DNA of 64,000 bases, from assembly GCA_963782055.1 (NCBI GenBank), contig CAWAIF010000003.1, forward strand, positions 4,032,001 to 4,096,000, in the 5' to 3' direction. Each line of letters begins with the position of its first letter. Position 1 is the first letter of the stretch. The position numbers and the translations under genes are program-made. Of this stretch, positions 10,806 to 18,351 are shown one piece after another. This DNA comes from an uncultured delta proteobacterium. GTDB taxonomy: Bacteria; Myxococcota_A; Polyangia; Polyangiales; Polyangiaceae. The notes under the pieces were generated by a model that searched no databases, had not been told where the DNA came from, and worked only from the letters and a program-made list of their open reading frames with translations.

Positions 10806-11807
10806 ATGATGAGCTTTGGCGTTGTGTCACGTGCGACCGCGGTAGCGGCGGCCTTGCTGGGCATCAGCGTTCTCTCGTCGACCGAGGGCTGCGGCCCGGG
10901 CGACACCCGCTACTACTGCGACAATGCGGGCTGCTACAACTGCGACGGCTACGGCTGCAGGCCGGTCACGCCGCCCAGCCCGCAGGCGTGCACCGGCGAC
11001 ACGAGCTGCCCGCAGGGCCAGGTCTGCACCGTCACCGGCTGCGAGACGGTCTGCCAGGCCGACGCCGACTGTCCGCAGGGCACGGTGTGCAAGCAGAACC
11101 TCTGCGTCGCGCCGACGGGCAACCCGCCGGACAAGCAGCAGTGCACCACCAAGAGCGACTGCGGCGCCTCCGAGGAGTGCGTCAACAACACCTGCCAGGC
11201 GTGCGGCGGCACCAACGGCCCGTGCTCCTGCACCCAGGCGAGCGACTGCGGCAGCAACCAGGTGTGCTCCGGCGGCCTCTGCGAGGACAAGACGAACGTG
11301 TGCCAGTACTCGAGCGAGTGCGGGCAGGGCAGGGTGTGCGCCGACGGCCAGTGCCTCACCGACTGCAGCCAGGGCCAGACCTGCCCGAACGGCGCCAGCT
11401 GCCAGAAGGGCGTCTGCGAGCCGGTCAGCGGCAACCAGTGCCAGAGCAACGCCGACTGCTCCGGCGGCACGCCCAAGTGCGTGGACGGGAGCTGCGTCCC
11501 GGCGTGCACCGCCGACGCCGACTGCGGCGGCAACGGGCTGTACTGCGACCAGGGCGCCTGCGTGGTGGACAACCGCCCCAAGCCCAACTGCACCACCCAG
11601 GCCGAATGCTCGAGCAACCAGCAGTGCCTGGGCGGGTACTGCCGCTACACCTGCAGCGGCGACCAGGAGTGCAAGCTGATCGACGCGCGCATCGGCTACT
11701 GCGCGAAGGACGGCACCTGCCGCGATGCGCAGGAGGCGAACGCCGACTGCCTGCAGTCCTCCGACTGCACGCAGGGCCAGGTCTGCATCTCCAACCAGTG
11801 CAAGTAG
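10806..11807 (+). CDS. Cys-rich repeat lipoprotein (11 four-Cys modules)
   Basis: Signal peptide and lipobox-like TEG-C; repeated C-x5-C-x5/6-C-x4-C; 51 Cys by manual count. Confidence 0.9.
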   Translation: MMSFGVVSRATAVAAALLGISVLSSTEGCGPGDTRYYCDNAGCYNCDGYGCRPVTPPSPQACTGDTSCPQGQVCTVTGCETVCQADADCPQGTVCKQNLCVAPTGNPPDKQQCTTKSDCGASEECVNNTCQACGGTNGPCSCTQASDCGSNQVCSGGLCEDKTNVCQYSSECGQGRVCADGQCLTDCSQGQTCPNGASCQKGVCEPVSGNQCQSNADCSGGTPKCVDGSCVPACTADADCGGNGLYCDQGACVVDNRPKPNCTTQAECSSNQQCLGGYCRYTCSGDQECKLIDARIGYCAKDGTCRDAQEANADCLQSSDCTQGQVCISNQCK

Positions 11808-11812
11808 TGACG

Positions 11813-11861
11813 CTCACTCCTCCTCGCCTCTCCCTGAAGGGAGAGGTGGGTGGGGGGTGAG
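11813..11861. repeat. REP-like palindrome / bidirectional hairpin between convergent genes
   Basis: Inner stem CCTCTCCCT-GA-AGGGAGAGG; outer CTCACTCC/GGGGTGAG; related copy at 33750-33787. Confidence 0.6.
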
Positions 11862-12944
11862 GTCGAAGCGCGACCGCGGGGCGGCGCACGCCTCGCTGAC
11901 GCTCTCCACCTGCACGGTCACGTACTCGACGCGGTAGGTCGAACGGATCTTCTCGCAGAGCGTGGAGGAGAGGCTGGCGCCTCCAGGAGTGCCGTACGCA
12001 TGGTCGTCCTCGGCGTGGACGTGGACGATGATGGCGTCGTGACCGGCCCCCAGCGTCCAGACGTGCATGTCGTGAACGCCGACCACACCCGGGTGCGCCT
12101 CGATCACCTGCCGGATGCCGTGCACGTCCAGGTGGGGAGGCGCCGCTTCCAGCAGGACCAGCAGCGCGTCGCGGAGCAGGCGCACCGCGCCCGCCACCAG
12201 GATCACCGCCACCACCAGGCTGGCGATCGGGTCCGCCGCCGAGGGACCGCCGAGGCGCAGCACGACGGCGGCCACGAGCGCCGCGAGTGACCCGAGCACG
12301 TCGCCCAGCAGGTGGAGCGTCACCCCTCGGAGGTTGAGCTCGTGCCCCGCCCGCGTCTCGTGCGCGTGCGCGTGCCCGTGCCCGTGCTCATCATGCTCAT
12401 GCCCGTGGTCCCCATGCCCGTGCTCGTGAATCACCCCGTGCAGCAGCCAGGCGCTCACCCCGTTCACCACGAGCGCCGCCACCGCCACCCACAGCATGAT
12501 CCCCACCTCGGGGTGCAGGTGCCCGCGCAGCGCCGCGATCGCCCGCCGCACGATCTCCGCGGTGGCGACGAGCACGAGCACCGCGTTGAAGGTGGCCGCC
12601 ACCGGCTCCGCGCGCCGCAGGCCGAAGGTGAAGCGCGGCGTCGGCCGCCGCACCGCCACGCGCATGGCGACCAGGCTCATGCCGAGGGCGAAGACATCCA
12701 TCAGCAGGTGGATCGCGTCGGCGATCAGGACGTTGCTCCGCGCGACGAGCGCGCCGGCGAGCTCCACGACGAAGAAGCCCGCGACGAGCACCACGACCAC
12801 GCCGAGGCGCCGCGCCTGGCGTGCCTCCTCCGGCGTGAACTTTCCCTTCGGCCCGGGTCGCGGACGCGCCGACAGCAGCGCGCGCACCTCGTCGTGGTCG
12901 CGCGCGGGTTGGTGCTGCGGGACGCCTTCCTGGAGCATCGTCAC
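11814..12944 (-). CDS. Cation diffusion facilitator (CzcD/ZitB-like Zn/Co/Cd exporter)
   Basis: ADAIHLLMD, FTFGLRRAE, His-rich loop, HLLGD, HDMHVW. Confidence 0.93.
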   Translation of the reverse strand: MTMLQEGVPQHQPARDHDEVRALLSARPRPGPKGKFTPEEARQARRLGVVVVLVAGFFVVELAGALVARSNVLIADAIHLLMDVFALGMSLVAMRVAVRRPTPRFTFGLRRAEPVAATFNAVLVLVATAEIVRRAIAALRGHLHPEVGIMLWVAVAALVVNGVSAWLLHGVIHEHGHGDHGHEHDEHGHGHAHAHETRAGHELNLRGVTLHLLGDVLGSLAALVAAVVLRLGGPSAADPIASLVVAVILVAGAVRLLRDALLVLLEAAPPHLDVHGIRQVIEAHPGVVGVHDMHVWTLGAGHDAIIVHVHAEDDHAYGTPGGASLSSTLCEKIRSTYRVEYVTVQVESVSEACAAPRSRFDLTPHPPLPSGRGEEE

Positions 12945-14302
12945 ACGAGGACGTAGTCTTCGGCGACGCTCACCGTGGAGGTGGCGAGCACGCTCGACGT
13001 CTCCTCGTCCCGCTCGACCGCGAGCAGATACAGCCCCTGCAGGATGCCGGGATGGTCGCGGATGAGCGACAGGAAGTCTTCTCGCGGAAGATGCAAGGTG
13101 ACGGTGGGGTGGACCGCGACGACGTCGGCGTTGGCGCGGCGCCGGAGCACCAGCGCGACCTCACCCACCACGTCCCCAGGGCCCAGCGTGGAGATGACGA
13201 AGGGCTCGCCCCCCTCGTGGCCGATGATGGCCACCTCGCCGGAGGCGATGAGCTGCAGGCCGCTCGCCTCGTCGCCCTCGGCGATGAGCTTCTCGCCCTT
13301 CTCGAACACCTTGGTCTCGAACCGCTCGACCAGCACCGGGCGCTCCGCGGGGTCGACCGAGAGCAGCACCGGCGAGGTGCGCAGCAGGTTGGTGACCATC
13401 CGCCGCCGGCAGTGCGCGGCCAGCTCCACACCCACGTCGGGGCGCTTCTCCGCCACCGCCTCCAGCGCGTCCCGCCGGGCGACGAGCAGGATGGAGGAGT
13501 GGCGGGCCACCACGCTGGCGGCGCGCGGGGCGCGCGAGAGCAGCGCCATCTCGCCGAAGAGGGCGCCGTTGGTGAGCCGGGCGAGGGTGATGGGGACGTC
13601 GTCCTCGTCGCCGGCCTCCGGCATCCGCCGCACCTCCAGCTCGCCGCGCGCGACGATGTACGCCTCGGCGCCCTCCTCCCCCTGCGCGATCACCTCCTTG
13701 CCCGCGGGCACGGTGATCATCTCGAACGCCTCGATGAGGGCGCGCAGGCCGTCCTTCTCCAGCGCCGAGAAGAGCGGGAGCGGCGGGATGAGCGTGTCGG
13801 GGGTGTCCTCCTCCGCGCGGTACTTGGTGCGGGCCTCGTGGATGATCTGCGTCGCCTTGGAAAGGAGCGCGGGGCCGGTGAGGAAGCTGGAGAGGGGCTG
13901 GAACTTGGTGAAGGTGGGCAGCGGCGGCGGCGGCGGCGCCGTCTCGGTGAGGCGCTGGGAGTCGGCAGAGAAGGCCTCGGCCACGGCCTCGAAGTGCTCG
14001 GTCACGTCCACGCCCAGCTTGCGCAGGTCGGCGATGGCGGCGACGGCCAGCGGGAGGTTGCCGGCGTCGATGGCGCGCGAGAGGCCCAGCTTGAAGCCCT
14101 CGATCGCGGCCTCGGTGCGGTTGAAGTCGGCGAGGAGCCTGCAGGTCAGGATGAGCGCGCTCGGGACCGCGTCCTCCTGTTCCACCACGGCGGCGGACCA
14201 GCGCAGGGCCGCCTCTCGCTCCTCGGCGAGCATGAGCGAAAGCGCGCGATCGAGCGGAGAATCGGTCGTCGTCGAGCTTCCGGGAAGGTCGGGCGGCTGC
14301 AT
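12941..14302 (-). CDS. Tandem cyclic-nucleotide-binding domain protein
   Basis: Two CNB domains: FGEMALLSRAPRAASV and VGEVALVLRRRANADV; helical N-terminal region; no HTH. Confidence 0.88.
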   Translation of the reverse strand: MQPPDLPGSSTTTDSPLDRALSLMLAEEREAALRWSAAVVEQEDAVPSALILTCRLLADFNRTEAAIEGFKLGLSRAIDAGNLPLAVAAIADLRKLGVDVTEHFEAVAEAFSADSQRLTETAPPPPPLPTFTKFQPLSSFLTGPALLSKATQIIHEARTKYRAEEDTPDTLIPPLPLFSALEKDGLRALIEAFEMITVPAGKEVIAQGEEGAEAYIVARGELEVRRMPEAGDEDDVPITLARLTNGALFGEMALLSRAPRAASVVARHSSILLVARRDALEAVAEKRPDVGVELAAHCRRRMVTNLLRTSPVLLSVDPAERPVLVERFETKVFEKGEKLIAEGDEASGLQLIASGEVAIIGHEGGEPFVISTLGPGDVVGEVALVLRRRANADVVAVHPTVTLHLPREDFLSLIRDHPGILQGLYLLAVERDEETSSVLATSTVSVAEDYVLV

Positions 14303-14351
14303 CGGCACCGGGCAGAATACAACAAAAGGCGGGCGCCACCCCGCGAAGCGG

Positions 14352-15417
14352 TCAATCGTCGCTGTCGGGCGGCAGGTCGGGCTTGGAGGGCGGGCCATCC
14401 ATCACGGCGCTCATCGCGTGGGCGGTCGCGGCCACCAGCGGCACCACCTTCGGGTAGTCCATGCGGGTGGGGCCGATCACGCCCACCGCCCCCGCGCGGT
14501 GGCCACGCTCGGTGTAGGCCGCCCCGATGATGGAGAGCTGACCACCTCCCAGACCACCGGCCTCCTGCCCGACCACCACGCTGGCCCCGCTGGCCGCGAT
14601 GGTCGCGTCGAGCAGGGCGATGAGCTGCTCACGCGCGTCCAGCGCGTTCATGAGGTGCTTGAGCCCCTCCGCCCCCTTGAACTCCGGCTGGTCGAAGAGC
14701 CGGCTCTGGCCCTCGATGACGAGCTGGTCCTCCGAAGGCCCCAGGCCGGAGAGCGCCTTCTCCCCGAGCTCGAAGGCGCGACGGCGCAGCTCGTCGTGCT
14801 GCACGCGGTCGCTCGCGAGGCGCCGCGCGAACAGATCGCGCAGCTCGCGCAGGGTGCGGCCGTCGATCACGTCGTCGAGCAGGTTGTGGATGCGCACCAG
14901 CTCCGACTCCGCCACCTGCGCGGAGAGGAAGCGGTTTTGCACCGCGCCGTTGGTCATCACCAGCACCGCGAGCACCTCCCCGTTGCCCAGCGGCATGAAG
15001 CGGAGGTGCCGCAGCGTGGAGACGTCGGCGCGCGGGCCCATGATGACCGCGGCGGTGCCGGTGAGCTCGGAGAGGAGCTTGCCCGTCTCGCGCATCATGT
15101 CCTTGCCCGGCTCGATCGCCTCCAGGTGGTCGCGGATGCGCGCGTGCTCCTCGCGGGAGAGCTGGCGGACGTGCATCAGCGCGTCGATGAAGAGGCGGAA
15201 GGCGCGGTCGGTCGGCACGCGGCCGGCGCTGGTGTGGGGCTGGGCGAGGTAGCCGAGCTCCTCCAGGTCGGAGAGCACGTTGCGGATGCTGGCGGGCGAG
15301 AGGTCGAGACCGTACTTCTTGGACAGGGTGCGCGAGCCGACCGGCTCCCCCGTCGCCACGAACTCGGAGATGACGGCGTAGAGGATTCTGGCGTGCGCGG
15401 CGGCTGAGCTCGCTCAT
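14352..15417 (-). CDS. hrcA: Heat-inducible transcription repressor; +1 frameshift at about 15386 in this sequence
   Basis: MSELSRRARQ then, in another frame, ILYAVISEFVATGEPVGSRTL; SPASIRN, QPHTSAGRVPTD, GVIGPTRMDY. Confidence 0.93.
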
Positions 15418-15466
15418 GGGATGGTCAAATTGTAGCCATTTCCCCGCGGGGCGGTACTCTGGTGGC

Positions 15467-16276
15467 ATGGCGGTCCGAAGCACCACCCGCCAGAGGGCGC
15501 TCATGGCAGGGCTCGCCGCGGTGGTCCTGGCCGCGCTGCCCGCGCACGCCCAGGCCCACGGCAAGTCGCACGGCAAGACGCACGGGAAGTCCAAGGCCGT
15601 GGCGATCCACCGCCCCGCGCACCACCACTCCAAGGTGGACTTCCCGGTGGACGGGGACACGACGCCCGCCATGCGCTACGCGCGGCTGGGCCGTGCCGCA
15701 TGCGAGACCGAGCTCGGCCGCAGGCACATCGCCTTCACCCGCGTGGCGGAGGCCAAGGGCGTGCTCGCGCCGGTGCGGCTGCACGGCCCCCTCCACGGCG
15801 TCAGCTACCACTCGATGCTCCCGCCACGGCAGCGCGCCACCTCGCCCTACGAGATCATGGATTGCCGTCTGGTGCTCGCGCTGGACGACTTCTCGGTCAT
15901 CCTGGCGAAGCACGACGTGGTCGAGGTGATCCACTACTCGGTCTACCGCCCGCCGGGCCGGCGCTGGCCGGCGGACAAGCTGGGCAAGCAGCACGACGGC
16001 GCGCTGGCGATCGACGCGGCCATCTTCAAGCGCAAGGACGGCTCGGCGCTGAAGGTGGAGCGGGACTTCCACGGGCGCATCGGGGCGCGCACGTGCGGCA
16101 AGGGCGCCGGCCCGTGGCCGCTCACCCCCGCGGCGACGGCGCTGCGGAGCATCGCCTGCGAGGCGGCGGACGCGCACCTGTTCCAGGTGGAGCTGACGCC
16201 GGATTACAACTGGCAGCACCGCAATCACTTCCACCTCGAGGTCACCCCGGGCGTCCGCTGGTTTCTGGTCCATTGA
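15467..16276 (+). CDS. Extensin-like C-terminal domain protein (secreted)
   Basis: Signal peptide (AHA-QA), H-x3-LAIDA, LTPDYNWQHRNHFHLE. Confidence 0.82.
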   Translation: MAVRSTTRQRALMAGLAAVVLAALPAHAQAHGKSHGKTHGKSKAVAIHRPAHHHSKVDFPVDGDTTPAMRYARLGRAACETELGRRHIAFTRVAEAKGVLAPVRLHGPLHGVSYHSMLPPRQRATSPYEIMDCRLVLALDDFSVILAKHDVVEVIHYSVYRPPGRRWPADKLGKQHDGALAIDAAIFKRKDGSALKVERDFHGRIGARTCGKGAGPWPLTPAATALRSIACEAADAHLFQVELTPDYNWQHRNHFHLEVTPGVRWFLVH

Positions 16277-16317
16277 GAGGACGTGAGCTCCGCTCACGCC
16301 CCCCCCGCCGCGACCCC

Positions 16318-17322
16318 TCACGCCCGCAGCCTCGCCAGCACCCCGCGAAAGTCCTCCGGGGGCTCCTCCTTCCACCGCATCTCCCGCTCCGTCGCCGGAT
16401 GCACGAACCCCAGCTCCGCCGCGTGGAGCATCATCCGCGGCGCCGGCAGCAGCGGCCCCGGGTACCGCCGGACGTACACCCGCTCCCCCAGGAGCGGATG
16501 CCCCGCTTCGCTCAGGTGGATGCGGATCTGGTGCGTGCGCCCCGTCTCCAGCGTGCACGCCACCAGGCTCGCCGCGACGCCCCCCTCCGAGAGCGCCTCC
16601 AGCGGCTCGATGTGCGTGACCGCGAGCTGCCCCGGGTGGTTCGCGCGTCGCCCGAGCTCCCGGGAGCCTCGCAGACCATCACCCCGGTCCTCCACCAGGT
16701 GCGTGCGGTAGGTCGTCGCGCGCACGTGCCCGTGCACCAGCGCGAGGTAGCGGCGATGCACCGTGTGGGCGCGGAACTGCGCGGCCAGCGACTTCTTCGC
16801 GAGCCAGGTGCGGGTGAAGACCACGAGGCCGCTCGTCTCCTTGTCGAGGCGGTGCACCACACCCAGCGGCGCCACGCCTCCCCGTCGATGGCCCTCCCGC
16901 ATCCGGCTGAGCAGGGTCCGCACCTGCTCGTCGAGGGTGTGACGCTCCGTCGTCACCCCGCTGGGCCCCTCGTACGGCACCGTGCTGATCCCCGCGGGCT
17001 TGCGGACCACGATCACGTGCGCGTCCACGTACACCACCGCCTCCCGCGGGAGAGCGCCCGCGGTGGCGGGCTTGCGGGCCCTCGGGTCCAGCGCGACCAG
17101 CGCGCCCTCCCTCACGCGGGTGGTTGCCTCCAGCGCCGGCGCGCCGTCCACCGTCACCTTCCCCGCGGCGATGGCGGCACGCGCGCGCCCCCAGGAGAGG
17201 CCGAAGAGCTCTCTCACCGCGGCGTCCAGCAGCGCCGGCGCCGTCGCGGGCTGCTCGCGCCGGTGGTCCGGCAGGGGGCCTGTCGCCTTCTGCGCGCCTT
17301 TTCCCGCCGAGTTCTTCACCAT
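16318..17322 (-). CDS. RluA/RluD-family pseudouridine synthase with S4 domain
   Basis: KPAGI, VHRLDKETSG, LETGRTHQIRIH, LHAAELGF. Confidence 0.95.
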   Translation of the reverse strand: MVKNSAGKGAQKATGPLPDHRREQPATAPALLDAAVRELFGLSWGRARAAIAAGKVTVDGAPALEATTRVREGALVALDPRARKPATAGALPREAVVYVDAHVIVVRKPAGISTVPYEGPSGVTTERHTLDEQVRTLLSRMREGHRRGGVAPLGVVHRLDKETSGLVVFTRTWLAKKSLAAQFRAHTVHRRYLALVHGHVRATTYRTHLVEDRGDGLRGSRELGRRANHPGQLAVTHIEPLEALSEGGVAASLVACTLETGRTHQIRIHLSEAGHPLLGERVYVRRYPGPLLPAPRMMLHAAELGFVHPATEREMRWKEEPPEDFRGVLARLRA

Positions 17323-17416
17323 TGCGCGAATGTCGCGTACGCTAGCACCGCTATCTGGGTTGCCGCTCACCGCTTTCGATCGGCCCGCACGGCGGGTCGT
17401 CCGAGGAGACAGGCCA

Positions 17417-18295
17417 GTGTCGAAGAATCTGCTCGCCGTCGATGACAGCGCCACCATGCGAAGGGTCCTGGAGATCACCTTCAGCGGGGAGGACTTCAAC
17501 GTCATCTCCGCGGGGGATCAGGCCGGGGCGCTCGCCAAGCTGGGGGAGAACCCCGCGGTCGTCGTGATCGACACCATGCTCGGGGACGAGGACGGCTATG
17601 CCCTCTGCAAGGAGGTGCGCTCCCGCTCGCCCCACGCCGCGATCGTGCTGCTGTCCAGCCGTTACAACCCCTACGACCAGGCGAAGGGCCGGGACGCGGG
17701 GGCGGACGAGTACATGGATAAGCCCTTCGATACGCAGCAGCTCATCGACAAGGTGCGCAAGGTGCTGATCAGCAAGGAGGGGGCCGCGGCCGCCGCGCCG
17801 CCGCCCGCCGCCTCGCCCGCCCCGCCCATCGCCACCGCGCCCTCCCCGCAGCCGGCGCCCGTCGCCGCGCGCCCCGCGCCGCCGCCCCCCGCGGCGCCGC
17901 AGCCGCCCAAGTTCCAGCCCGGGCCGATGCCGCAGCGCTCCGGCACCCTGATGTTCTCGGTGGACGGGCCACCGGTGCCCGCGCCCGGCTCGCAGAACAC
18001 CGCGGAGACCGCCGCCCCGCCGCCGCCGCCGGTCGCCGCCCGTCCGGCGCCGCCTCCGCCCGCCCCTGCGGCGCCCAAGCCCGCGCCGGCCGCCGCGCCC
18101 GCGCCCGGCGCGGCCGCCGCGGCCCAGGTCAACGGCCAGCTCGGCCCCAAGCTCGCCGAGATGGGTCTGACCCCCGCTCAGGTGGAGGGCGTGCTCGCCC
18201 TCTCGCGCGAGGTGGTGGAGCAGGTGGTGTGGGAGGTCGTCCCGCAGCTCGCCGAGACGATCATCAAGGAAGAGATCGCCCGCCTCACGAAGTAA
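17417..18295 (+). CDS. romR: RomR-like polarity response regulator
   Basis: Receiver domain, Pro/Ala linker, C-terminal REVVEQVVWEVVPQLAETIIKEEI; GAGGAG RBS; directly upstream of valS as in Myxococcus. Confidence 0.88.
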   Translation: MSKNLLAVDDSATMRRVLEITFSGEDFNVISAGDQAGALAKLGENPAVVVIDTMLGDEDGYALCKEVRSRSPHAAIVLLSSRYNPYDQAKGRDAGADEYMDKPFDTQQLIDKVRKVLISKEGAAAAAPPPAASPAPPIATAPSPQPAPVAARPAPPPPAAPQPPKFQPGPMPQRSGTLMFSVDGPPVPAPGSQNTAETAAPPPPPVAARPAPPPPAPAAPKPAPAAAPAPGAAAAAQVNGQLGPKLAEMGLTPAQVEGVLALSREVVEQVVWEVVPQLAETIIKEEIARLTK

Positions 18296-18351
18296 GCGCG
18301 CGGAGGTCACAGCGTCCACAGACGGGCGTCTGTCATGCTATGGCCGCACGC

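Noticed and set aside
14302..15467. CIRCE operator near hrcA
   Set aside because: No TTAGCACTC-N9-GAGTGCTAA seen; CTAGCACC at about 17342 is only a partial half-site
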